In this document: positions 26,750-39,005 of the stretch, piece after piece
Position numbering within the stretch: position 1 is the stretch's first letter
Layout of the letters: every line of letters starts with the position of its first letter
NCBI GenBank assembly: GCA_025786725.1
Contig: JAHLTZ010000020.1
Span: 62,001 to 126,000 of the forward strand
Source: Syncephalis fuscata S228
Taxonomy: Eukaryota; Fungi; Zoopagomycota
DNA: 64,000 nt
Direction of reading: 5' to 3'
Notes under the pieces: model-generated
Database searches by the model: none
Seen by the model: only the letters and a program-made list of their open reading frames with translations
What the model was told of the DNA's origin: nothing
Translations under genes and position numbers: made by a program

Positions 26750-29020
26750 TTAATGATGAGGAGTTACAGAAACGTCGGTGACTGTGTTCGAGTGGCTAAA
26801 AGTACCAGGCATGATTTCCACAGTCTCTGCCTCTGATAGAATAATGCTTGCATGTCTTTGAGGTGGATTCGACCTTGGTTGAGGCTGATTATCCGTGCTA
26901 ACAATGGTTTGTACATACATTGTCTCGCCCATATGCTCAACATCGAATGATGACTGCTCTTGTGCGCTTGTATCGTTGGTCGATAGACCCATGTGAGCAT
27001 TTTTATAATGATTATTGGCCATCTTTGCACCGTTGTTATTGACCGCGACTTTAGCCGTGTTAGGAGTGGCATCGGATGAGTTGAAATAAGCGCGTATCTG
27101 TTGCCAGAATCGTGAACTCCAGCCCGACTCTATAGCATCAATGTCGTCATCATGCATTGCATTATTGTCGCTTAGCACTGCGCGAGGTCTTTGCGTCGAT
27201 TTGGGCATTGGCCAATTAAGACCCAGCACGCATAGACAAACGATAACGCGTATTAAAGGTATAGTGTAGTTAAAAGCGTAGAACACTGCCGTTAGTTCAA
27301 GTGAAACAGATGCCTCTCGTGGTGCTGAAAAAGTACCATAATAACTTTGTACTGTAACCAGCGTATAGGTTACAGCGGCAAGGGCCGAAAATATGCTTAG
27401 CTAAAATACAATGTTATAGCAATAATTATATTGGATACAGTTGTAAAATGTTTATTTACCTGAATAAATCGATAGCAAGCTTTGCTATGCTTTTTAACTC
27501 GGTATGCGCACCAAGCAAACCAAATAGCTATTATTTAATTAAATAAACAACGATTAGTATTATGTTGTTGCATTGTTGCTATACCCGTTACTTACCAAAT
27601 ATACCGAAAATAATGGTGCTTACAAGTGCTACATGAGGCATTACATACTTTGCCACATTGGCGGCAACATTATCATCATCTAACTGCCAACTGAGACTTA
27701 GTTTGAATAGAAACACCGTACAGATAGCAAGTCCAATCATATGAATAATAAGTATGGCACGGAAAATAATTACGGTCACAAAAGAAAACATGGCTCGTCC
27801 ACGAACAGACCTATAATAGTATAAGTATACTATCTAATATCTATGTAAATTACATACCAATAAACAAGAATCAAATCAAAGTTGATGACCGCTATAGTTG
27901 ATACAATAAGCTGTATCAATTTTCCAGCAAATGATTCAGCTCCCATTACAATATTTACAAGTAGGACTAGCAATAAACATTTGTACGGTTAGTCGAATAT
28001 TCATTGGTCAATTAGTTATGTAATGACTTACAAATAGCGTTTATATTTGCTATTATGAATACGGCTAGTCGAAAGCTTTTAGGTGTCATTTTCAATTTTA
28101 CAAGGCGACCAAAACGAACCGATGTGTATGTCATTAGAGCCAGGATCTGTATGTATGGCATTATAAGAACAGTGTATTTAGAAATAAACATATTAAATTA
28201 CTATAGCAAAATATATCCATTGATAGGCAACATATCCTGTCGATAAAAATAGCTCATTCCAAGGGCCCGGTTCTATTTAAATATATCGCAGACTAGTTAG
28301 CAGTAGAATACTGTTAATTGCCAATCTCCTACCATTCTTTTCCATAAAACGAAAAGTAAGCTGTGATGCTGGTTTGTATGTCTGGAAGAACTGAAGGCTT
28401 GCCCATTGGTCCAATAATACTAGGGGAATTTCAGGTGGACCTTCGGGTATTTTGGATGGCTCAACAGTCCGATACACAAGTGTACCTGGGCCCCATAATG
28501 GAGCAGTGTTATTTGAAAAATTCATAATGACAATAAGATTGACAGCTGGAAGGTTGGCCAATTCTAGTTCACGTGAAGTTTGTTCAATTGCCTTGCCAAC
28601 CTATAACATCAGATACAGTGTATTTGGTTAGAGCTACATTGCCGGCGATCTTAACAACAGCAACGACAACAAACAAACCTGTGCAATGGTGTAGCATCCA
28701 GCCTTGCTTGCTACCGACCAGTATACAAACAGTGCAAGGTCCGGATATGGCGCTGCTTGACGCGCTGCTGTTTGAACGGCTTTGTTTGTCGGATCCACCG
28801 TACGAAATACACAGTCGGTTGTGTTTGTCGCAAAGGGCCAAAGGATACCTGTCCCATTTCGCGTGTAGTACGGCTCGTGGTGGAGAAAATAATCAGAAGT
28901 TGGCAATACTAGTGTCTGATTGGCAACATAGGCAATAAGCCGGGCATCGACAATATTGTTACGCGTTAAAGTTGAAATAATCACAGACAATAAAATATAT
29001 ACGGATGCAGAGAAATTCAT
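26750..29020 (-). CDS. Receptor-like protein: signal peptide, extracellular domain, multi-pass TM region (paralog A)
   Basis: Exon 1 signal peptide ...TSDYF...DC...SKAGCYTIAQ; EPGPWNE at ~28255-28273; several hydrophobic exons 27200-28200; polar C-terminal tail. Confidence 0.6.
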
Positions 29021-29805
29021 TGTAAAAACAACGGCAGAACAGAATATTGAAAACGCTATAAAACGGGCTAGAGATGTGGCATGGTTCGTTTAAAAGTTTG
29101 GCTATAGCATGTTTGCGTATTAAAGGAATCACACGCCTTTGCGCATGTAAAGATGGGTTCCACATGCATGCGTACATAAGTTGTCACAGTTACAAAGGTG
29201 GCGAATACGTCAGTACCTTTAAAAAACTACAAATACTGCTTTAATCTATTTTTACCAGGTTTTGTGGCTTTGGAGTGTTATAATAAACCGATAATCAGTG
29301 TTGCGTACAGCTATGCTTTTTAACATAGTCATAAATTACATTGCCATCTAAGCTATAACAATATACTATCGAATTAGCTAAACATTATAGTTATTATAGT
29401 TGTAAATTATAGGCTCGAGCACAAGAATTATTTATTTTATTAGTAGACGCTTTGTTTATGATTTAATATCATTAATATAGTAATTATAGATATTTATTAA
29501 TTTAATTTAAAGTTGGATATATTTTACTTAATTTCAATTGTTAAATATTAATTGCTATGTTGCTAAAATATTTTTAGTATTAATGATGTATGTTACAGTT
29601 TAATCAAACAATATTTTATAGTAGAAAGCATTGGATTTAGCTAGTTCAATAAGTGGTACTCATTAATTTAAATTACATATTCCGCTATATAATAAAAACT
29701 AATAGTCATTTTACAAAGTAATTGTTTGTAATAGTTCAAATACGTGTTTATTCAGGACATGTTACAAACACGATATTCGCCATTATTGCCACATGTTCCC
29801 ATTTG

Positions 29806-30237
29806 TTATCCAACAAAGTTATGATTAGCGCTATTGACATAGTTGTTGTCGGCACAAACGTTGTTTGCAGTGGTGTAGGCATTCACATCCGAGTTGGCAA
29901 TGTGATCAGCCTCATTTTGATGGCTATTGAATGCATTGGTAAATGTATTCGCATTAAGCGCATTGTTATTTGCATTAAAGTTATTGCTATTTGATGAAAA
30001 CCAAGGAAAGTAGCCACAATTGCCGTAGCCACAATTACCATAGCCACAGTTGCCATAGCCGCCGTAGCAATCATTATAGCAATATGGATTCCATGGAGCA
30101 TATGAGCCGGGATAACCGTCAATGCAGAATGATCTACGCTCAACTGGAGCTATTGGTTGGGCAGCTACATGCTCATGGTCTAGAGCAATAATAGCAACAA
30201 CGGCAGCAGTTGAAATAGCTGAGCGGAGAGTAAGCAT
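29806..30237 (-). CDS. Small secreted Cys/Gly/Tyr-rich protein with Asn-rich tail
   Basis: Signal peptide, ERR dibasic site, (GYGNC)x3, then N/A-rich tail; TATA-like sequence upstream at ~30402. Confidence 0.75.
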   Translation of the reverse strand: MLTLRSAISTAAVVAIIALDHEHVAAQPIAPVERRSFCIDGYPGSYAPWNPYCYNDCYGGYGNCGYGNCGYGNCGYFPWFSSNSNNFNANNNALNANTFTNAFNSHQNEADHIANSDVNAYTTANNVCADNNYVNSANHNFVG

Positions 30238-31165
30238 CTTGTAATTGGATAGTCGGTTGATATCAATTGAATGAGCAGGTTAGTATCTATTGCGGATGTA
30301 ACAGTTCTATAGTGTAGTGAGTAGAGTCAAAGTAGGTAATCAAGCTTGAATGGTTGTTGTGATGATGAACTAACTAGTCGGTAGCAATATTTGTTGCACA
30401 TTATATACTAGTGGATTAAATAATGACATGGTGGTGTCAATCATAATAAATACTAACTGTCATTAAGATTAAGAGATGATGCTGTTAACCATCATGTAAT
30501 AAACAGTTATGTAATTGTACTGCATCGCTCTGCATTACTAATATGTATTTTCAAGCATAATTTATTTCCGAAAGGCGCATTCAACCGCATATTGGCATTG
30601 CTAAATCAAACAAGTAGTTTCTATAACCTGATGAGTTACTGTTCTGCTGAATTGCGACTTGTTTAACAAATCCTGATGACGATGTACAGTTTCTCAGACC
30701 ATTCGTCTTGCCCTTTGCTAGTCCAGCAATACTTTTGACATAAACAGGAAATTGAAGTAATAGCATGATAGCAAAACCATCCACATTCTGCTAATTATCT
30801 GTGCATGCTGATTCATTTGATCAATCAACGACACTGTACATTTAGTATTTGGTGAGCACATGGTCATTTTGCACCAATAAAAGGGAATCATTGCAGATCC
30901 CATTCAGTAGCACTGCAGTCTAGCATTGAATCCAATCAGTCATGCCAATTGTGACTGTGCTTTCATGCAGAGCAGTTCTCTCTCAACTGCTCTCCACATC
31001 CATCTAAATGTCCCAACTAAGCATAACTGGATATTAACTATAAAATCGACGAACTCAATGGTCGATGGCCCGTCTGTCATTAGCTTTATTCTATTCCTTT
31101 TTAAACATTATCCCTTTTACAGTCTAAATTCTTTATTTGCGTTGGTAGTTTACATACAAGTCAAC

Positions 31166-31450
31166 ATGCGGTACAATCTAGCTAGCCTAATTAAGGTCGT
31201 CGCCGCTTTGGCCCTGTTTGTTACTGTCGTTCAAGCTGCACCCACTCCTCAAGAAACCGATCAAACACCCGCCAAGCAAACTAATCCTACAGGTCAGGAG
31301 GACAACCCTACAAACCAAGAAACTACTACTACAACCGAAACAACTACACCACCACCACCCAAGAAACCAGAAAGCGGTGGCACAGCATGGACCTCCGAAA
31401 AAGGCGTACTGAACGATGATGAGCTTAGAAAGGCCGAACAAGCTAAATAG
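31166..31450 (+). CDS. Small secreted Thr/Pro-rich protein
   Basis: MRYNLASLIKVVAALALFVTVVQA/APTPQE...; TATAAA at ~31039. Confidence 0.75.
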   Translation: MRYNLASLIKVVAALALFVTVVQAAPTPQETDQTPAKQTNPTGQEDNPTNQETTTTTETTTPPPPKKPESGGTAWTSEKGVLNDDELRKAEQAK

Positions 31451-31699
31451 CTATTGTAATAAATCTAGACATTCCTAGTCTGTAGCAAGTTGCATTAAAC
31501 TGCATTATATATAACTATTACACAGACCAGCTCTAATTAATAAATAATCTAGTACTTTTCTGTGTTTATAAAATTTTAATTGGTGCCAAATTAATTTATT
31601 GCAGTTATTAATCATTTGGTGTTATACATGTTAAATAATCTAACGTACGCCTTGGTCGACATAATCAAATCATATGGTAATTTTGTTTATTTTGCCATA

Positions 31700-33927
31700 C
31701 TATGTATCTTTGTAATGACGGACTATTGGATCTTTTTGAGTAGCGTAAAAATACATGTCATCCGATACTGGCGACAGAACCAGCGGAGCACCTGGTATAG
31801 TACGGCTAGAATGGTAGTTGGAGTGTGCCGTAGGATTTGGCATTCCGTCTCCATTGGCATTATTAAAGTGAGCGGCGCTGGGTGGCGTTATCGAAACAGG
31901 CACTGCATTCGGCACTGTGGCGTTTGGCCGATGATTAGGATGCAGCGTTGGACAGATAACTGCATCTTCATTCGCGTTACTAAAATGTGCAATCTCGGGT
32001 CGTGCCATAGGTGGCGGTACGGTTCGGGGTGCTGTCATTCGTAAATTGTTTTGCTGTCGTGCCAAATTGTGCCGCAAATAACCAGACGGCACATTTGGAT
32101 GTGGGTCGTATAATATCATTCTGCCTCTAACTGGAATAGCTTTGGGCCATTCCAGGCCTAGAATTAGCAATCCCATTATTGCGTTGACCATTAAGATTGC
32201 TCGTCTCATAGTATAGATAAAGTAAATGCCGTAAACATCAATTTTTGAATTAATTGTACTGGCAAAGACATATTCTATTCCTTGAATAGATGAAAATACA
32301 AACACTAAAAATGCAAATGCAAAAACAACAGCTGTCTAACACAAAACTTGCTTAGCACTAATCATGCTGTACTAGACCGTATAGTTACCCCAACAAAGTT
32401 CAGCTGTGCATATCTATCTCCAGTAGCTCGCCAGCCCTTCCATATGAATAAAAATGCTATTGAAATTAAGCGTCATTAGCTGAAATATATAAATACGCCA
32501 TGCCGCTTACCAAATAGTCCAAAAATGCAGCCGATACTTAGCGAGCATATATACATAATACCTCGCCAATAAAAAAGCCCAATATCATTATCAATAGTGT
32601 ATCCTATGGTATACAACAAGATAGTGGAGTTTACAAATATTACTACACAAGACAAAATGCTACAACCAAAAATGCCTAAGAAAAATAAATACACTGGTCG
32701 GCGAAGTAACATTTTAACGCGCCTCAACCTTTAAAAAATATAGATTAGTCGATGTATACTAGCTTGTATCTATCAATGTGCAGAACCGTACCAATACAAA
32801 ATTAGCAATAAAATCAGTATTTCTCCCAAAAATTCTGTGATAAAACTAAGTATATCTTCTTGATAATAAAATATTAGCCTGCTTAGATAAATCCCCAGCA
32901 CTAGAAGACAAATATACAATAAATTATGAATAACGCATTACTATGCATAGATATGACTGCTCACCTATAGTATATATAATTGCGATAATAAAAATAGGCC
33001 GCTGAATACCATGAGGTAGTCTGTCAAACACCTTAAGCCTAAAGGCGCGAGCAACAAGATAAAATAGGAATAGTACCGTCTACAATGATACAAATACACT
33101 GGTTAAAAGGTGCTTATCTAAGACGATTCATGCGACATACCAGTCCGGTAAATCCCCAGCCTACTCCTTTTGTTTGCCTTGAGTTAAAACGCTCATTCCA
33201 TGGGCCGTATTCTAGTTTAATATTATATGATCAGTAGTGAGCAAATTATTCAGTAGGACAAACCTTGTGCAGCAGCAAAGCGGAAAGAGAAGTTACGCGA
33301 TGCTTCTGTTTCATAGAATCTTTTGCTTTCATACTGATCCATTAAAGCTACACGCATTGATGGTGGGCCAGCAGGCACATCAGATGATCCTACTGCTTGG
33401 TATCCGTAAGAGTTGGGTCCCCAATGCAGCAGTGTATTGTCAGTGAGGACCGTTAAAATAAACAGACTAATCTTTGGATAATCAATAGCTTCAAACTGTT
33501 CCGATAACTCTTTCATGGCCGTACCAATCTACAACGGCCCATTAGTTAGTCTGCTTTTACCTAAAATTGTTTGTATAAATTTTACCTGTGCAACTGTTTT
33601 GCATCCGGCCTTTTTAGCTTCGTTGATAGAGGTAAATACTGCCAAATTAGACGAAGTATTCGCAGTAGGTGCAATGCTTTGAATCCTTGGATCTGTAGTA
33701 TTAAGACTTTTTAATATGCAGTTGGACTGTTCTTTATCCCAGTGCCAATTAAGTGCATTTCCTGAAAACTTATACCCATTACCATTGCTGAGAAAATAAT
33801 CCATTGTTGAAAAGACAGTTTTCTTGCTGCCATTATTCACCGCAAGTTCTGCGGTGCCAAATGATACTTGACATATTAAAAAACATATTGCAAGTAATAA
33901 CGAATGCCGATAGGTGAAATGCTGCAT
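31700..33927 (-). CDS. Receptor-like protein: signal peptide, extracellular domain, multi-pass TM region (paralog B)
   Basis: Signal peptide ...TMDYF...NC...KKAGCKTVAQ; EYGPWNE at ~33193-33211; hydrophobic exons; ILGLEWP mirrors VLGLNWP of paralog A. Confidence 0.6.
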
Positions 33928-34761
33928 GGTATAGAAATGCTGTAACAATAATCAAATGCTGAATGAATATGCAATAAATACAAAATGCTAACAATGCCAA
34001 AATAGTATCACGAAATGTTCTGTTAAACGACGTTCCTTTTTATCATAAACCATTGTCGCCAAAGCCGTTGAATCATTGTCGCATGACTGGCAAGGGCCAG
34101 TATCACCGCCATAAATAGTAAAGCTGTCTTTGTCTAGCCCATTGCAAATATAAATAGATGCATTGAATACAATTTATTGTAACGTTCTTCAATAGATATT
34201 AGCATGACATTACTGTTACTATTGTTATTATTATAAGGATAGTCTACTAGTATTGTTTTATAATTTAGATTTATATTTATTTTATAACCATTTAATGATT
34301 TCAATATTTATAAATGCAAGTCGAATGCCAGTCTTGAACATGTCATACCAAAGGCGTGCACAAATGGATACTAACAAAGACTTTTGTTCAATGTCGTACA
34401 AGAATTCATTCACCATTGCAGCTACATGCGAAATATACACTTGGACACTAAGAATAAACGTGCTAATCCATAATGGAAATTAATCGTTTTGTGTAATAAT
34501 GGCAATACTACCCATTAAGTTGACATCAGTAAATGATTGCTATCATGTAGCTATTAAGATCAACTGTCAAATGTTTATCAATAACTTGCTTGCATAAAAA
34601 ACATGTATAAAAGCGTGAATAGTTTCAGTAAGCTATACAACTACAATCACTACAACAGCAATAACAGCGTCTTTCAACCTGCACATTCTACTGATCTCCC
34701 ATTCCTACTCTCTATTTGGCCACTTACCAGCTTTAGATTAGCCAATTTATAAATTTTAGCC

Positions 34762-35031
34762 ATGGTTTCCATCAGCTCATTGATATTGGCTGCAACCATC
34801 ATTAGTGCCGCGTCTCTTGTACCAACGGTTCTTTCCAGTCCTATGCCGGCACCGGTTCAATTATTGGTACGTCGGGGCGGCCCCTATGCTCCATACCACT
34901 GCCCATATAGTAACGGATGCTATCCCGACTATCCACGATGCACCAACTGCTATATAGGCAATGGCTATCGATGCAACTATCCCTATAGCCTTGATTGTTA
35001 TCCATCGGACAATTGCTATCATTATTGTTAA
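34762..35031 (+). CDS. Small secreted 8-Cys, Tyr/Pro-rich peptide precursor
   Basis: Signal peptide, VRR|GG Kex2-type site, mature GGPYAPYHCPYSNGCYPDYPRCTNCYIGNGYRCNYPYSLDCYPSDNCYHYC; TATAAAA at ~34606. Confidence 0.8.
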   Translation: MVSISSLILAATIISAASLVPTVLSSPMPAPVQLLVRRGGPYAPYHCPYSNGCYPDYPRCTNCYIGNGYRCNYPYSLDCYPSDNCYHYC

Positions 35032-35891
35032 TTGTTTAGCAAAACATTAGTCAATAAATGAATTATTGTCTGAATTCATTATTACAATTGTCGGAATATG
35101 AATTTTATTTGACCGATATTCTTATTACACACTCAATTGGTTGATCACAGTAATTAATTGTCTATCGATTTAGCACAACTATTCGTATGAGTAATGACGA
35201 TGTAAATTGCCATCGTCAACATCATAGAAATATTAACATTATTATTAACATTATTATTATTAACTAATCAAATAAATATTGGCATGAATTTAATTGCCAC
35301 CTTAATATGTACTTCAAAAAATGCTTTTATTGTTTAAATTCACCATCATATCCAAACATAATGACTGATAGCCATAGTAAATGATCGGCCAATGACATCA
35401 TTAAAACTGTGATATTAATAAGTAACAAATCACCAATGATACACAAATCACCGTTTAATATGTTTGAATCAGTACAGCGACGACTAATCTATTTACATTA
35501 CAAGAATACATATTACTATGACAAGCCATTCATCTATTTATTTGTTATGATTATTGTAATTATTATTTGTTCATCCTTGAGCAGTACTCGGCGCAACAAT
35601 AACAATAGCTATGAACATTCATTGAGTACCTTTCATTTTATTTATACCACACATCCATCCACTCATAAAACAGGATGGTTGGTTAAAACAGCAGACACTA
35701 ATTAAAAGACAAGTTTATGACTTGTATGTGTGTGTGTGTGGTGTATCAATTTCACTTCACATTATTACACTTATACGCCACTTGCTTCATACGTTGTTTG
35801 CCATTACTCATGCCGAACTGCGTATTTAACTTTTATATTCCACTAGTATATAAAGAGATAAATACACGCGCCCTACACGTAGACTGCTAGC

Positions 35892-36211
35892 ATGTCGCTT
35901 AAACCGCATTCCAAGTCACCATTATTGGGAGAACGAAGTAATGGCGAGGCCGAGGTGACACGGTCTCCGCGCTATCACCACAATACAACAACCAGTGGTG
36001 ACTTGTCAAAGCGTCGCTCCACCGAACCCGATATCGTACCAGCTATACCTATACCTGTTGAAGATGATACCTGGGTGGGTGGTCGACGGCCAGAGAAGCG
36101 ACGACGAGATACTATTGTTGGTTACTTTTTACTGATTGCGGCCTTGGCCATGTTTACTGCACAAACGGTAAGTTATGCTATCCACATGGCACAGTGCACT
36201 AATAATTAACT

Positions 36212-36252
<41 letters not shown>

Positions 36253-37579
36253 ATTTGCTTATAGGAAGCAACAAGTGTTTTAGAGACACGGGCCTATCGC
36301 AAACCTTACTTTATTTTGTAAGTCTAATAATTATCTAATGATTTAGTGATTTAACGATTTAATTATTACTAAATTATTACGCTTTATAACTAGGTGGATT
36401 GTCCATTCATCCTTGGTAGTTATTCTACCAGTGCAACTAGCACTAGAATACTGGTCATTTGGCTCGTTAAATCGTTATTTTTCACGTATGCAGCGTGGTG
36501 CTACTAATCTGCAAGGGTTCTCCTCTTTATCACCGGTGGCTGCACCTGTAACAGCTACAGAAGTAGCATCCTCATCATCAACGACAGCGACAACATCCGC
36601 CTATCCCTATGCTTTGTCGCCTCAATGTCCACCCTCAACGCTAAATGGTCGTTGTGAAAATCATTATTCATTAATCTATAGACTAAGCGTACGCTGTCTC
36701 TGGCTAAGTGTAATACTGGCTGCTGGTGCTTACATGTGGTATGTGGCAGCCGGCATGACATCATCGGCTACATTGACGGCTATCTATAACGCTTCCTGCT
36801 GTTTTGTCTACGTGTTTTCTGTTCTGCTCTTTGGTGAGGCAGTCCGACTTATTAAAGTACTGGCCGTGCTACTTAGTATCGGTGGTGTGGCCTATATGTC
36901 GTTTGCCGATCATATCCAGCCAAATAAGACCAATCCAAATAGCGTGACTGCCACAACACATACCGATACATTTGTTGGTGATTTAGTTGCTTTAGGCTCG
37001 GCAGTCGTTGTAGGATTATATCAAGTGCTTTACCGTCATTACGCAGTACCACATCGTCATAACTCGCTCCATTTCGTCAATACTATGGTTGGCCTTATGG
37101 GTGTATTCACTCTACTCGCCTGTTGGATTCCTATCCCTATACTTCATTTTATCGGATGGGAACGCTTTGAATGGCCTGATGCCGTATCATGGGGCTGGAT
37201 TGCCGTTATTAGCCTTTCGGGCATTCTCTACAACGTCTGCTACACCTTTGTTATTGCATTAATTTCACCTCTATTTGCCTCTGTAGGCATCATGCTTACT
37301 ATTCCTGTTGTTGCTCTGACTGATTGGCTTATCCAAGGAAAGCCAGTGACACTAGCTATGGCATTGGGCAGTGCAGGTATTTTAGTTGGCTTCGGTTTAT
37401 TGGTAGGTGCCAGCTGGAAAGAAGAGGCGGCCTCTATGGCCAAGTCTTCATCTGAGCTATCTAACGATACGGAAGAGGAAGAAGAAGATGACGACGATGA
37501 CGTTGAGACCGGCCACAAGAACGGTGAAGAGAGTAGCCAAAAACACTATGGCTCTCCTTATATAACCTCTTTTGTTTAA
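35892..37579 (+). CDS. DMT/EamA superfamily transporter (SLC35F / Thi74-like)
   Basis: YRKPYFILW, TAIYNASCCFVYVFSVLL, GDLVALGSAVVVGLYQVLY, SPLFASVGIMLTIPV; ~10 TM segments; two 5' introns. Confidence 0.85.
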
Positions 37580-37711
37580 TAGTTTTAATATTCATTAATA
37601 TTCAGAGTTTGATTGATAAACAAATGCACATTGATATTCACAAACACACGTTTTATTTCTTATCGCCATTTTACTTGACTATTTGGATAGATAAACATAT
37701 AATTGTTCATT

Positions 37712-38738
37712 CTACTTTGTTGTTGATCTACCTAATGAGGCCGGTGTCACGGTAATATCGGGCCTTGCTGAAGCTGATAAAGTAGATGCTGTGGACGACC
37801 GTGGTAGTGGTGATTTGCGCTTTTCATCCAAGCTTATTCCATCAACTCCACTTGAACTGTTGCCAGTTGTTCCAGGTACTGGCGTTGTTGTTATCACAGG
37901 CACAGGATTGGATTCAGGTTGAATTACACGATAAGCTCGTAAACATAAATCCACAACTTGTGTGCAAACTAGAAGCCATACTGCTACACTGACTGAACCT
38001 ATCCCCATTAACATCGTTATTATTATAATATTCCATTAGTAGTAGTCACCATTGTTCAAGTAGTTAGTTATCATATTAATAAACATTAGATTTATACAAC
38101 TACACTTACCAGAAGGTGCCATAGGCAATGATAATAGTGGCACAATAGGATCGAGCCAGCCCGTAGGTGGATAAAATACGGGCTCTGATCGATACCATAC
38201 AAGAACAAAGATGCGCGCCACCCATAGTAGGACGCGTAGCCCGATCGCTGCTCTGATTTGAAATCCGGTCCTTTCATAGGCCAGTGACGAGGCTATCACG
38301 CTGTATTAGCAACTATACGCATATACACGCCCTCACGACAACTGCTTACATAATTCATCGTATTCACCAACGGTTTTATCAAGTCGTCGTCGAATCTTGG
38401 CCCATTTGGCAAATTCATCCTAAATAGCCCACGCGTATATGCACATGATGTAAGTAAAGATGGATCGCGCCATTGCAAGCTATATGCTTACATGAGGGCT
38501 TGTTTGGCGTAGCTGGTTCTTCAGCTTAAGCACGTTCCGTTTACATTGCCGCTGCTGATCATATTTGTTATCCTTTAAGAATTGTCGACGCCATTCATAT
38601 AGCTAGCCTCAGCGGTTAGTACGTCTTGTTGTCATCAGCGCTGCCTCTAAATACCTTGGTGCCCAGTCTTCCATAACCGATAATGTGTATCCAGGTCGAG
38701 GTAATGACAAGCAGTAAAATCAGAGTTGCCAGGTGCAT
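37712..38738 (-). CDS. GET1: ER tail-anchored protein insertase Get1 (WRB/CHD5)
   Basis: Spliced: TM1, coiled coil ..LKNQLRQTSPH|DEFAKWAKIRRRLDK, then WYRSEPVFYPPTGW...LLSLPMAPSG..SVAVW. Confidence 0.88.
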
Positions 38739-39005
38739 TGCGATTAATGAAAAGAAAGACCGAATAACCAATATACATGAACAGAAATACAAGAAAGAGA
38801 ACGGGAAAAGAAAGTGAAAGTTTACAAATAGCACCAATAAGGTGAAGCAACGTTGCAGTGTTTAATACAAATGCGATGATAGTAATTCATATTTATGATG
38901 GCAATTATTACCACCACGCTGGAACTTGGTCCTTTTTCCGCTATTTTTCCACTTCTTTTTATTACAGTCAGTCTTTATATCTCTATCTCTGGTAGTGTTG
39001 CTAGA

